Made by a program: the position numbers and the translations under genes. The notes below the pieces were generated by a model. It had not been told where the DNA came from. It ran no database searches and worked only from the letters and a program-made list of their open reading frames with translations. A stretch of DNA of 64,000 nt from Monocercomonoides exilis PA203 (lineage: Eukaryota > Protista > Preaxostyla), in contig LSRY02000070.1 of assembly GCA_001643675.2 (NCBI GenBank), forward strand, positions 162,868 to 226,867, in the 5' to 3' direction. Shown in pieces: positions 1-13,325 of this stretch; position 1 is the stretch's first letter; each line of letters opens with the position of its first letter.

Positions 1-339
1 CAGCGTGATGCAAGAGCATTATAGAATGAAAGGACCTCTTTTCGAATGTCTCAACAATCCATCATTTTTGTATCAACATCATTTTCAGATGAAAAGTTTC
101 CTTCTTTTCTGCATTTGAGCTGCTTCGTGATGAACACCTTGCAGGCATCGAAAACAACAACATTCAAAAATTCTTCTTCTTCTTCATCGTCTTCATCGTC
201 TTCTTCTTCTTCTCCTCCTTTTAATTCTTCTCCTCCTTCTTCTCCTTATTCTTCTCCTTCTCCGCATTCACCTTCTTCCTCTTCTTCTTCCTCTTCATCT
301 CCTCACAATAAAATAAAATAAAATAAATAAAAAGAATAC

Positions 340-1450
340 CCAATTCCATCTGTTTCCGTAGCTCGAGAACAGCGAGCTTTCACAGTTGGTCGATCTTTCT
401 GATCCGAATGTGGATGTTGTGTTTGTGTCGCCTGCGGAGATTCTGGCAGAAGATGTAGAGTATCTCAAAAAGCTTCTTATTGCTGGGGCAGTGCAGCATT
501 CGTCTCTTCTCTCAGCACTTTCGTCTTCTTCGCCATCTTCACTTGAACAGCATGTGGGTTATGTTGGCTGTTCCGGAGGTGAAGAAGCAAAGAGAAGAAG
601 GCAGCAGGAGATGATGAACCATTTTCATCTTCATCTTCATCTTCATCATCAGCACCTACAATTGACCCTTCAGATGCCTCGGCGGCGGAGGCGTCAAACA
701 AGTCCGCTGGAGCGATGGACTACATCGAGAGGCGGCTGGAGTGTATGAAAATTACAGACAGTCGTAACTGAGGAAGCAACAGACGCTTCGAGGGATATGT
801 TGTGGCGTGACATAGCTTGTTGCATTGTATGGGGGTGTTGTGTGTGCATACGATGTGGCGCTTTCTGCGATGCTTTCGGTTCCGCTGGTGGCACAGCTTC
901 CGTCGCTTGCAGTGTAAGTTGGCACGAAGTCGGGGAGCAAGCGGATCTTTACAGAGGCAGATGTGAATGCGCTCCCATTGATCTGCGATCTGTTTGACCC
1001 TTCACTGCAGATATGGTGATCTCTGCAGTCGAGGCATGTGGAGGTGAAGCTGGACGAGGAAGTGATGGGGCGAGGGATTGCAGCGTGTGAAGTGGGGGAG
1101 ATTGTGGAGAAGTAAATTGAGGCGGCGGGGCTGAGGATGGAGGATGTGGTTCTGTCACCAGCAGCGATTGCGCTGGCGGTGCTGGAGGAGCGGGAAGAGT
1201 CAGAGGAAGGAGAAAAGGGAGGCAAAGAGGGAGAAGAAGAGGGAGAAGAAGATGGAGGCAAAGATGGAGGGAGAGAGGGAGGTGATGGGAATGAGGAGAA
1301 AGGCGGGTATCCGACAGCGCACAGAGAGTTTGTGGAGAGAATCAAAGAGAACCAGGGGAAACTGGAAGAAGCGATGGCGCCGTTAATTGTGGAGGCGCTT
1401 GGGCTGAGTGTGCTGAGGTTTGTGAAGGCAGAGGTTGAGATGGGCGCAGA
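340..1450 (+). pseudogene. IQCH: IQCH-like (IQ motif-containing H) pseudogene, copy 1
   Basis: Manual translation across frames gives IPSVSVAREQR, VDLSDPNVDVVFVSP..VEYLKKLL, GTKSGSKRIFTEADVN and VKLDEEVMGRGIAACEV, matching IQCH motifs as I recall them. Interrupted by frameshifts and stops (e.g. TGA ~1017, TAA ~1113). Confidence 0.7.
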
Positions 1451-2789
1451 CAAGCAGCATTCAGTTGAACCAGAAGTGTGCAGTTCTTCTCCATCTGATG
1501 GCATCCAACAGGAGAACAGGAGAGCAGAAGAAGAAGCAGCAGATGGGTCTTTGGGCATAACTTCAGATGGAAGTTCAGATGAATTGGAGAGAAATGAGGA
1601 ACAGGTGGAAATGTCTGCGAATGGTTTGGAGATGAATGAGGAGTCAGGGAGAGAGGGTAGTTCGAATGATTTGGAGAAGGAAGAAGAAGAAGAAGAAACA
1701 AGACAATTATGCACATTATCTGCAACCATCTTTCAACATCAATGGAGCACCCATTGGATCAGCCTATGAAAAAACGCGGACAATTTGTCAGAGCCGACGA
1801 CTCTCACAACCTCCTCACCCGTCCTCTCCCCAGCATTTGACTGCCTGATTTGAACAAACTCTTTTTCTATATTGAATCTATCATCACATGTTGAATGTAC
1901 TGATCACTCTCGCTCTCCTCACTTCTGAATGCCTCCCCTTCTCCAAGCCCGTCAGCTGCGTCTCTACATCAAACACAGCACCAAACATTCGCCCAAGCGC
2001 ATGTGCTCTTGTAGTCGCTGTGCAGTTTCTTAGAATCTCGTTCATGCTGGCTGCTTCTGTTTCTTCTCTGCTCTCTTGTGCTCAAACAACACAACGAGCA
2101 TATGGAACTTATCCTTCACACCTTCCACAATTATCTGATTCATATTTACACCATTTCTTATCCCATGCGGAAACAAGATCTCCAAATACTCCAGAGCCAG
2201 GAATCTCTTCATCGTTGGGCTTTTGCTGAATCTCCGCCATTTCATCCTTTCAATTGGCTGGCTTCTCGGAAGCTGTTCGTTTAGCTCGTCTGCACTGTCA
2301 CCGCCTGCCCATCTGCAACACACACACACACACACACACATCATTCGCTGATTGCCTTTTTGGGTTAAGGCACTGCTCATCAGCCCTCAACCAGATAGAA
2401 CAGCCACAAACACTCCGCTTTTCTGATAGAATTCTTTCTCTTCTTCTTCTCCCTCTTCCTCCTCTTATTCTTATTGCTCCACACAAATCAAACAACTTTC
2501 TTACACTCGCTTCATTATACTTGTCTTTTCCCTCAATTATAAACAAACTATTCGCTGATATTTTCAACAGCTCCACAACCCAAATCATTTCAATAATTCT
2601 ATTCGTTGAAGGAATCCTCAAACACAGATCAATTTCAACAGATGCAGCTGCTGCTCCATTCTCATCTTCTCTGCCTCCGCCTCAGTCTTCACAAACATGT
2701 GCTTCTCCAGTTCAGTCACCTCCACAACCATCTTCATCGTCGTTATTTGTTCTTCATCATTTTTTTTTTGAATTTCTTTCCGCATATCT

Positions 2790-3503
2790 TCTATCTGTCT
2801 TCTGTCGGATACCCGTCTTTCACTCCATTTCCTCCTCCTTCCTCTGCCTCCTCGCGCCCCTCCAGCGCTACCAGCGCAATTGCTGCTGGAGACAGAACCA
2901 CATCCTCCATCCTCAGCCCCGCTGCAGACAGCTTCTTCTCCACAATCTCTCCCATATCACACACTGCAACCCCCCGCCCCATCACTTCGTCGTCCATCTT
3001 CACCACCACATGCCTCGACTGCTGTGATAGCCATATCTGCAATGAAAGGTCAAACAGATCTTAGATCGATGGAAATGCGTTCACATCTGCCGCTGCAAAG
3101 ATCCGCTTGCTCCTCGACTTCGTGCCCACAGACGCTGCAAGCGATGGAAGCGGAACCACCTGCTAAACCGAAAGCATCTCCAAAAAGAACCACATCGTAC
3201 GCGCACACAACATATTCATACAGCACCGCCCGCCGCGCCACAACATATCCCCGCTGCTACAGCAGCAGCTGCAGTGACAGCGGCATATTCCGCCCATTCA
3301 CCCCAGCCGCCTCTCGATGTAGTCCATCGCTCCAGCGGACTTGTTTGACGCCTCCGCCGCCGAGGCATCTGAAGGGTCAATTGTAGGTGCTGATGAAGAA
3401 GATGAAGATGAAGATGAAGATGACTAATCATCTCCTGCTGCCTTCTTCTCTTCGCTTCTTCGCCTCCGGAATGGCAAAGTTGATCGACGTGCTGCTCCAG
3501 TTG
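2790..3503 (-). pseudogene. IQCH: IQCH-like pseudogene fragment, copy 2 (inverted paralog of ~540-1330)
   Basis: Reverse complement is colinear with 540-1330. Shared peptides include SGGEEAKRRRQQEM, LQLTLQMPRRRRRQTSPLERWTTSRGGW, VKMDDEVMGRGVAVCD and MEDVVLSPAAIAL. Confidence 0.75.
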
Positions 3504-4669
3504 AAGAAAGTGAAGAAGAGGAAGACGCAAAACAAAAAGATTCTGACATGCTGCAACAGACTCCAGAAGGGTTTCGCTGTAAATTACTTCTCAAAATTAC
3601 AACTCCTTTTGTGAAGCAAACACCAGATCCTCATTCAAAAAGGAAAAGTTAATAAGCCACAAAAGCTAAAAGTTTTTGATTGACAGAAAAAATGGAACAA
3701 AGTCTTTTTTGGTAATGCGTTGATAAGAAATGATATGGATAAGCAAAAATAATCCTTGGAACCAAAAGCGACTTGAGATTGGAGAGAAGATTTGAATCTT
3801 AAAATCAGAAATTAGTGGTTTTTTGGTTTTTTTATTTCAGTGACTTTCATTGCGAAATTGCAGATATTTTTTCTTTATTATTATAACTTTGCATCAAATG
3901 TTTTTCATTCAGCACAAATTTTTATATGCAATTTTGTTATTTTGAGCAATAAATGTTTAATAATTCAAATCACAGAATTTTCATAAAAATTCTTCCAAGA
4001 TATGCCATTTTCTCAGTTTTTTTTTTAACAAATGGAATTTGTTTAAAAAGAGTTATCTTTTACAAATAAATAAAACAAAAATAACAAAAGAAAATGGATA
4101 TTCTGAAAAATTGGAATGATAAGAGAAAATGAGTTTGCTTTTGTATTGTTTATGGACAAAAATTTTTAATAGCATATTCATGTGGGGCATAATTTTTTAA
4201 TTTATGAAAAAAAACAAGTTTTGTTCCAAACTTATTCTGCACACATATCACAATGTTTATAACATTATTATGCAAAAAAATATTTGAAATGGAATCCATA
4301 ATAATAATTTATTTTCATTTTTGAAAACAAATGTGTTTTTAAAAGAAATATCAGGAGAATATTCATGAAAGGTGTGATTTGAATATTGTTTGCATTATAA
4401 TATTATTTAAAAAGGAATAGAAGTTTCACTGAATTGTCATTGCTTCTTTTATTGATTTCATATTAACAGGAACTATCTGCGTTCAATTATTGTAACAGAA
4501 TGTGGATATTTTGTTCATTCGAGTTGATAATTGGATGAAGACACGATAATATGAGGATTTATTGAATTCTCAAAATTTTCAAGAAATATTTATAAGAAGA
4601 AGAAAAATCACTGTTTGTATGGAAATAGCTTCCTTTCTTTCTTTATCATTATCTTTAACATTTTCATCA

Positions 4670-7600
4670 TCAAAATGACTGCGAAATGATCGAATTAAAT
4701 GCATCTTCTTGTGAAATTGGAATAGATGGAAGCGAAATTGTGAAAAAGGATGAATCCGAAGCAAAAAGAGGAGTCGGATTCGTTCCTTTCAAAATCATAA
4801 GAATGGAGAGAGAAGCAGACGCAGGCGGAGATGGGGCATTATACAGAAAAGAAATGAGAGAGGTCAACAACGCCATTGCTGCTTCACGAGGAACCGGAGG
4901 CAGCTCATCCTGACAAGCACTGTTAACATCCAGAGGAGCAAGAAAATACAGCGACTTCGCTGCAAATGTACACTTTCCCGACTGTTTTGACAGAGAAGGG
5001 GAAAGAAAGTCCTGGCAACGCCGAGTGTAATTGGCGAGGAGGAGCAGCCAAGAGCAAACAGGAGACAGAAAGCAAGCATCTCGCAGGAAGGCGAACAGAG
5101 GGACGAATTGGATGGCTTTCTTCTGCTTGGCAGGCAGAAGATCGAGCAGCGATGTGAAGAGGTAGAAGAGCTGCTGGAGCAGAATGGAGAGGTGCTGCTG
5201 TGATTGAGAGGCGTCTGCTTTGGACAAATACACTGTAACTGATTTCAGAACAGCCGAAAGTGCGCAGAGGGGCACGCGGAAAAAACACAAGCACAACTGA
5301 GTGTCTTCGCAGCGTAAGAGAAAGGACTTCACAATCGACGGAGCGCATGCAATGTCTTCAACCCCAGATTGTTCAGCTCCGCAGCAGTCATTGTATTCAC
5401 TGCGGTAGATGCAGTTGAACTCTTCTGGTTTTGCTTCCGGGAAAGGCAGGCGTCTCGCTTTTTTGCTTCTCCGCTGAGCAACTAAGTTGTGATGTGCTTG
5501 ATCAGTTTGAACGACAAGTCTGGCGAGCGGACAAGAATCTGCTCCAACTCCACGCTCCACTGCACAAACACCGCATGATGCACTGAATGGGAGAAGGTGT
5601 GAAGCAAAAAATGCACCCAGAAAAACATAAAGTCGCGGGAAAATGTCGGACCTTCCTGTGGCACGTTCAGAACACACATAGCCATAGAAGCTGAGGCAGA
5701 TGAGGATGAAGATGATGAGATTTTGCCAGCAAGTTTCGTTTTAATCAAAGATGAAACAGTTGTTGCAGATGAAGCACCAGTTGATAATCTGGTGCTAGTT
5801 GCAGCTGTTGCTGCTTCCTCTTCTTCAGCGGATTGTTCGCATCCAAACTGCTCAAACAGCCTTCTCACAAACGCAAAGAACGTGTTTGAGAAGATCTGCC
5901 TGTCTCTCACGATGCCCAGCTGCCTCACCAACACACTCTCATCCACACTGCTCATCCCATCGAAAGACGATTTCATTGGCGAATGCTCTGTCAATGCGGA
6001 GTCTGCGAACACATCGTCATTAAAAGGAGAACGCATCTTCAGCGGAGACGTGTGGGGTGGTGGAGGATGCATTGCGAAAAGAGGAAAAGAACCGATTGCT
6101 TTCGATATAGTGGGAGGCAGATGGCTCCCTCTTGTTTTTTCTTTCAGCTTTGCCTGTGGAATCTGGCTGAGCAGCTGGCGCTCGAGGCTCCAGTCGTCCA
6201 CCGGCTGCTTCCTCTCGTAGATGAGGATGTATGCAGAGTACGGCTTAACTGTGTCTGCCTCGCTCAGCAGGCTCAAGCGCTTGTACTTGAGGATCTCGGG
6301 ATCAATCAGCGCTGTGTCGTCCAGGAAGCTCCCGCCAAAGGCCTCGGCTTTTAGTGTCTCGATGGCAGGAGAAGGGAGTAGCCTAACTCTGTCGTCGTTG
6401 AACTCGTACCACTGGTGCGGTGCATCCCTTTCTCGCACAAATGAGATGTAGGGTCCAGCATTGGCTTTCCCCAAGTGGTTGATGATGCCCTGCAGACGGT
6501 TTTTGTAGTAGCTCTCCGGACGCAGCTTTTCTTTGCTTTCGTCGTTATGCGGCACCTGCAGATTCTTCAGATTCTCTTTGCGTCCAATCTTTTCTAAGGT
6601 GATTGCTGTGTCAGCTTTGGAAAACCGCTTCATACTGTTTAGTTTTTCTTCCCTCACATGCATCGCCTCCCACGTAAATGGCTCGAGATCCAAGTCCTCC
6701 TCAATGGGGAACTCAAACTTGTCATTGATCTTCACTCTGTTCCCAGTCAGCGGCTGGTAGTCAAAACGCCTGAGGAAAATAATGAGTATATTCAGCAGGT
6801 CTCTCAGAACTGTTTAGTTGATCACATCAGCCGTGCGAAACTTGCAACACTCTTCGCATTCGTAATTCCCAATCTTCGATCCAACCAACATCGACACCAA
6901 TGACTCCACCAGATTCTTCTTCCCTTTCACATCCACCTCGAGCGCATAGAAGCCATCCGAATTCCACCGCTCGTGCCCGTATCTGCAGACATGCAAGTTC
7001 ATCGCGTGACCCTTCAGAAAGTGTCTGACAAAGTTTGGAGCAGCCACTGCGTCCAAATGCATCTCCAGCTTGTCCACAAGACACATGAAGAACTCGTGGA
7101 TGTAACAATGCACGCCATTCACCACCTGCTTCCTGTCCTGGTCGAGATACACCTCCAGAAACTGCTCAGCATCAATGAACTCCTTCATATTCGAGTTGTG
7201 CTGCAGCTCCCAGAAGAGATAGCGAACAGCTCTCCATACAGCGATGTTCTGCACTTTCTCCTCCTCTGTCTCGCTGCGCAGCCGCATCTTTGACATCTTC
7301 ATCTCCAGCTCGTCTGGTTGGAGTGTGCTTGTTTATTTGCTCTTCTGCCACTCACTCAGCACGTATTCATGTGAAGGTCTTGCCAGCTTCTCCAGGGCGC
7401 TTCCTTGAAACTGCTCGCCTTCCCACAGAAGAAGCGTGGAGCGCAGCTGCGTGTGCATAAACAGCTGTTCAAACAGCGAGTTTATGCAGCACAGCGTGCC
7501 TGGATTCACAATCCCTCTGTATTTAACCTCTTCGCTTTTCTCAACCTTTTTCTCCTTCTTGTGCGACTTTGAAATCTGCTCGGCGGGTGTGAAGTGGAAA

Positions 7601-10600
7601 GACGTGTACGTGTTCTTGTAGTTCATCGTCTGCGCCTCGTTCAAAAGATGCAGCAGACGCTCTGTGTTTGCCTCATTTCCGCTGCACTGCGCAGCAATCA
7701 GACTCAAAATGGCCTTTCTGCTCTCTTCGTCTGCCACAAAATGGCTCTGAATGAGTTCCACTTCTAAGTTGCTACGTGAATGCGACGAGGTCAGCTTCTT
7801 CTGCGAATCGCACCGTGCAATGTTTGAGGGCAAATATGAAGAAGAAGAAGCAGATACAGAGAAACTGCGCAGCATCTCTTTCCCAGCCATTCCTGGTGGT
7901 GAAGCACCCGTGGAAGCAGCAACAGCATTGAATCCAGCAACCAGCTTGTCCATCCACAGATAATCAATGAGCATCAGCCCAAAGGACTTCTCCGGCAGCT
8001 TCAAGCCAACTTCTGTTTTGATCCATCTTTCCAGTTTCCTCAAATTATTTTCTGTTGTCCGGTTGCATGCGCAATGAAGCTGAGAAAGCTCGTTCAGAAT
8101 GACTCTCAGAGCCACTGAGACAGGCAGAAGAGACAGCTGGCGCTTCTTTGTGAGATTGTTCAGAGAAGACGATGAAGAGGATGAGGAAGTGGTGGAGGAA
8201 GAAGAAGGTGATGCTCCTGACAATTCATTGATGTCCTTATCATCATCATCATCATCACCTCCCACTGACAGACACCTCGGAACATCCATAATCACATCTG
8301 CCTGGTATTTTATAACAGCGCCAAGAGACTTAGCCACTCTTGCTGGTATAATCCCTGGCCACTTCATGTTTTTTTCGTTATTGTTCAGTGCAGAATTCAG
8401 CAGCTCAAAGAGCGAAGAGAACAAGACAGCAACGTGGAGCTTCTGCATTCCCCGAGGCAAACAGGGACTGCCGAGAACGATGGAGGTTGAGGATATGTCC
8501 AGGAAGGAGGAGAGGAGAGAGACAAGAAGCGGCTCGTGTGGTGTGGAAGAAGAGCTGAAAGGTGAAAGAGCGTAAAGAGAATTGAAGAATGAAGAAGAAG
8601 AAGAAGGAGAAGATGAAGAAATAGGCAGTGTAACAATAGCATTTAAAAAAGCAAAAGCAGAAAGTGGCTGAATGACGTCAGCAGTGTCTGCAACAGCGCA
8701 GAAGAAGAGAAAGAGAAATGGCTCGAATGCACTTGAAAGCAGAAGAGGAAGGACAAAAGAAGAGAACGAGCGGATCATCACGATGAGCAAAGCAAACAGC
8801 TGCTGAAGGGTTTCTTCGTCGCGTTCAAAGGAAGATGGAAGAGTTTCAGTAGAAACAGAGTTTGGCTACTGAGAGGAATGTCCGAAGGAGGAAAACAAGG
8901 AAGAGGAGGAAGAAGATGATGATAATGAGGAGGAGGAGGAGGAGGAGGAGGAGACAGAATGTGAAGATGAGCCATTTGAAGAGAAGCTGACAAGAACTCT
9001 TGCAGCATCCAGATATGATTCAATGAGTGCTGTTGATGAAACTTTTCGTTTCTTCACCAAAGATTAACCAGTAGCAGATAAAGAAGATATAGATGATGAA
9101 GATGAAGATGAAGAAGCAAATGAAGGCAAAGACAACATTTGCCTATTAGCCAAAGCAGTAGACAACAAGGGATTAGAAAAGATTCCGTTGCAATGTTTTC
9201 AAACCCATCCTCTTAATGAAGTTTCTTCTTTGATCCTTCTGTCTATTTCCTCTCAGAATCAGCAGTGAGCAAGAAAAGCAGACGAGGCACACGCAGTTCG
9301 CGCGGAGGGACACGCAGTTCAGCATTCAGAGAGAGGGAAGAGATATTCAATGGCTGGATAGCTACGGTGCATAGGTCGCTGAAAGCGAAAGATGAAGAAG
9401 AGGAAGAATATGATGAAGAAGAGGTAGATGGTTTATTGTTGGATAATTTTGGAGTCTGGAGAGTAGAAGAGAATGTTGCAGGCGACGAGAGAAGAGGCGT
9501 TTCCACAAAGGCAGACCCAGCATAGCACACAAACAGCTGCATCAGCCTCAGAAATAAAAGAGAATCCATCTGAAAGAAAGAAGAAGAAGAAGAAGATGTT
9601 GTTGTTGTTGCTGCTGCTGCTGATGTTGTTCCTTTGTTTTCGCCCTTTCTGTCAGTTGAAATAGTAACAGACATTGGAACAAGGCTGAGCATCAGATGGA
9701 GTGTGGACTGAAACAATGACAGTTTTGAGATCAAAGCGCTTGCAGAAGAAGTAGAAGAAGAAGAAGAAGCCGACTTCTCCTTCTCCTTCTCCTTCTTCTT
9801 TGTCTTCACTTCCGCCTTTTGCGTACCTGCAGTCACCAGAAACGCAAACAGGATCTTCAGAATATGGCTGACAATTGTGCGAGAAAGCTGAGGTCTTTGC
9901 TGCTGTGAGCGATCGGTCAACGCTGTTGATGCCTTTGAGACTTTTGATGCTGTCGATGAAGAAGAAGAAGAATTCTCTGTCTCCATCAATCCCTGCAGCA
10001 GCAGCGCAGCCAATGCACTTAATCCTCCATTCACCACAAACCCGCACCTCCACGTCTAGCCGTCTGTGGTGTCTTTTGGTGTTCCTTTTGGAAACCCTTC
10101 CCTCTCAGCTACCTTCAGCTCCTTCTCGCACTCGGCATTGACCTGCTCAAAGCTCATCTCTTGCTCCGTCTCCTCAATCAGCGTCATCACATCTGACAGC
10201 ACAGCCACAAGACTAGCACTGGCTTCACTCACTGACTTCTTCGAAGAAGAAGAAGAAGAAGAAGACTTTGGAATAGGAGCCGTAAACAGCTCCTTCCAGT
10301 TTGTTTCGCAGTTTGCCTTGAGCAGCTCGCTGCGTTTCGTTTCCTGTGTTGGTATGCTTGCCTGGATCTCTTCGATCAACTTCAGGTGCTTCGGGTGCTT
10401 GTCCCTCACCACATTCAGCAGGTGCGACGCAGGCTGGAACATGGAGGCAATAAAAAACTGGTTGCAATCTCTCAGCATCTCCGACGACGTATCGGGTGAT
10501 AGCAGCGCAGAGTGCTCTTTGCTTGCCTTCGGGTTGAGTGGGTCCTTCGAGTCTGGCTTGTGCTGCCCTTCGAACTCCTTCTTGTGCACGCTCACACTCA

Positions 10601-10950
10601 GCTCATACAAATGCTCCAGCCCTCCAACCTCATCCAGCAAGGAACCTTTGCTGTTTGTGATGGCTTTTTTCCCCAACGACAGCACAATCGCCATCGCATG
10701 CTCGATTTTGTGGGCACTGGCTAACCTCAGCCGGAATGTCTGCACATCATCGTCACCAGAGAAGTCGATGTTGCTGCTGTCAAACGGGTCGATGCGGTTA
10801 TCGTATGTGCGTACGCCACCCGCAGCGTTCTCAGTGAGTGGGATTAGCACTTTCATTGGGGAAGACACAAGAAATGGCCGCACCGATCGAAGCATGTTGG
10901 AGAGGAAACAGAAGCTGATGGCAACGCGACACTCAAATCATCAGCATAAA
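4670..10950 (-). pseudogene. Large ubiquitin-specific protease (peptidase C19, USP9X/USP24/USP34-like), disrupted
   Basis: Cys box GIVNPGTLCCINSLFEQLF, LEVDVKGKKNLVESL, YECEEC, FLRRFDY..VKINDKFEFP, degenerate His box GIINHLGKANAGPYISFVRER, WYEFNDDRV and SAYILIYER. ORFs 7333-8790, 6814-7302 and 5482-6735 share one frame separated by TAA stops; frameshifts occur elsewhere. Confidence 0.85.
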
Positions 10951-12487
10951 CACTACACTATCATCTCGTGATGTTTGATCCACTTCACAAGAATCTTCTT
11001 CTTCTTCTTCTTCCTTCTAACTTTCTTTATTGCCTTCTACACAACCTGCCTCAACATTTCATGATGCCCAATCCCTTTACAGTTTCATTTTGAATCGAAG
11101 TGAATTGATTAACGTGTCCAATTGCTAATATATGATGATATTCAAACATAATCGAAAAAAAGGAAGATAATAAAAAGGTAATACAAATGATTCACAAATC
11201 AAAAGTGTGTTTTTTTTTTCATTGTATTTATTTTGTGATTAACATTAATTATTTTGTTTTCCATAATATTTTTCTTTAAGAAGCGAAATGATTGGAAACT
11301 TTTTTGACTTGCCTCGTGCAAGCAAAACTCGCAAAGCTGATAAGGTTTTAGAAGCTTTGGAGGCTACTGCGCCGTCTGATCCCGTGGGGTGTTCACTTTA
11401 TTTTATCTTTCACTACAAAAAAGGAAAGCCTTTCCAAGAGGCAATCCAGACCCGCTTTGAAGGTTTGCTTTTATATTTTTTTTTTCCATTAAACAAAAAA
11501 TTAAATCTATTATGTTATTATAATTATAATATTATCCAATATCTTTTTTAAAAGAAAAAATTGCAAGCTCAATTCAAAATATAGGTGAAGTGCGGAAAAG
11601 AAGCCCCTCGAACCTTCGTGTTGAGCTTCTTCGTTGCGTTTCTTCGTCTTTTTCAATTGCGGAATTGAACAAAAACGGCTGGGGCATAACTCCCGGTGAA
11701 TATTACTATTCACAGGAGAAAAACAAAGCCCCAGCACCTACAGCTTTATCAACCAGTGATAAAGATGTTCTTTCAATTAGAAGTTTTTTTTATATTTATT
11801 TTTTTATATTAATTTTTTTTGCATTAATTATTTTTATTATTATTTTGTTTATTATTAAAAAAAAAAAATATGTATTTTTGAATGATATTTATTTTTTTTT
11901 AGATGAAAAAGAGTTTCAAACAGCAGAAAGCTGGCTTTTAAGCCATAGCTCTTGCAGCTGCGAAAACTCGAGAAGGAAAAAAACAAGTTTGATTATTGTT
12001 TAAATTTTTTTTCAATAAGTTTTTTTTAAATTATCATAAATTATTGTTTTTGTCGAACTTTCAAACATATATTTAAGCTAACAATATTACAGAAAAACAA
12101 AATGCAGAAGTTAAGAAGCGATGTTGTGATGTATGTTTTAAAAAAAATAAAAAAGAAGAATTAGAAAAAGAAAATACAGAAAATAAAAAACAAAATGAAA
12201 TGAAAAAAATAAAAGAAAAAACAAACAATAAAAAAAAAGAAACTAAAAAAAAGAATGAAGTGATAATATTAAAAGATGAAAATAAGAAAACACAAAATTA
12301 TAAAAAAGAAAATGAAAAATTAAAAGAAAAATTAATAAATAACAATATAAAAAATAAAAAGAGCAAAACAAATATATTTATCGACAATTCAATACTTATA
12401 AGCAATAATGAAAATTCAAATTTTATTAAACAAAAATTTATCAACACTTCATCATCATTCGTTGACGTGAGTTACGATCGAATCCAT

Positions 12488-12600
12488 TTGAGCACTGGGG
12501 GGAGTTCTGTGGCTGCGACAATGAGCACTGGGGGGAGTTCTGTGGCTGCGACTATGAGCACTGGGGGGATTGTTGAGGCTGCAACAATAAACACTGGGAG
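12488..12600 (+). repeat. 33-bp minisatellite A (~3.3 copies; MSTGGSSVAAT)
   Basis: Unit atgagcactggggggagttctgtggctgcgaca, starts 12488, 12521, 12554. Confidence 0.95.
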
Positions 12601-12955
12601 GAATTTTGGAATGTTAACAAAAGCGAAAATGTACGTTATAATAAATGACTTTTATAATATTGAAGAAAAGAAAAAAAGAAAAGACAGAAAAGATAAAAAA
12701 GAAAATATTGAAAAAAATAAGAAAAATGAAGAATATAAAAATAAAGATAAATTTGAAAAAAGAGAAAAAAATGAATATTATCTTAAAGAAAAAAATGATA
12801 CTAAAAAATATACATATATACAAAATAACAACAATAATACTAATTTTTATTATAATAACCTTTCAAGTCACAAATTTTCTTTTCTAAATTTTTATTCAAA
12901 TTTAACTTTATGTCATATTGATACTTCTAATTTTTCCCGATTCTATGCTTGTGCT

Positions 12956-13148
12956 GATGGACTTGGAGCAGCGAGCGGGTCATTATCAGATGGACTTGGG
13001 GCAGCGAGCGGGTCATTATCAGATGGACTTGGGGCAGCGAGCGGGGCTAGTTCGGAAGGATTTGGGGATGTTTGCAGGGCTAGTTCGGAAGGATTTGGGG
13101 ATGTTTGCAGGGCTAGTTCGGAAGGATTTGGGGATGTTTGAAGGGCTG
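12956..13148 (+). repeat. Two adjacent 33-bp minisatellites B (DGLGAASGSLS) and C (ASSEGFGDVCR)
   Basis: B units start 12956, 12989, 13022. C units start 13044, 13077, 13110. Confidence 0.95.
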
Positions 13149-13237
13149 GCATGTTTAATGATGGAAGGGAGGAAAGGGCTTGTGCGTTTGATGCTGGAGT
13201 TGAAATGGAAAGAGAATTAGGTGGTGGAGGAATTGTG

Positions 13238-13325
13238 ATGGAGGAAGAGTTGGATGGAGGAGAAGGTGGAATGGAGGAAGAGTTGGATGGAAGAGAAGGT
13301 GGAATGGAGGAAGAGTTGGATGGAA
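13238..13325 (+). repeat. 33-bp minisatellite D (MEEELDGGEGG)
   Basis: Units start 13238, 13271, 13304. Confidence 0.95.

Noticed and set aside
46-10971. Many overlapping antisense ORFs rich in poly-S/E/L
   Set aside because: Shadow frames of trinucleotide (TCT/GAA) low-complexity coding sequence.
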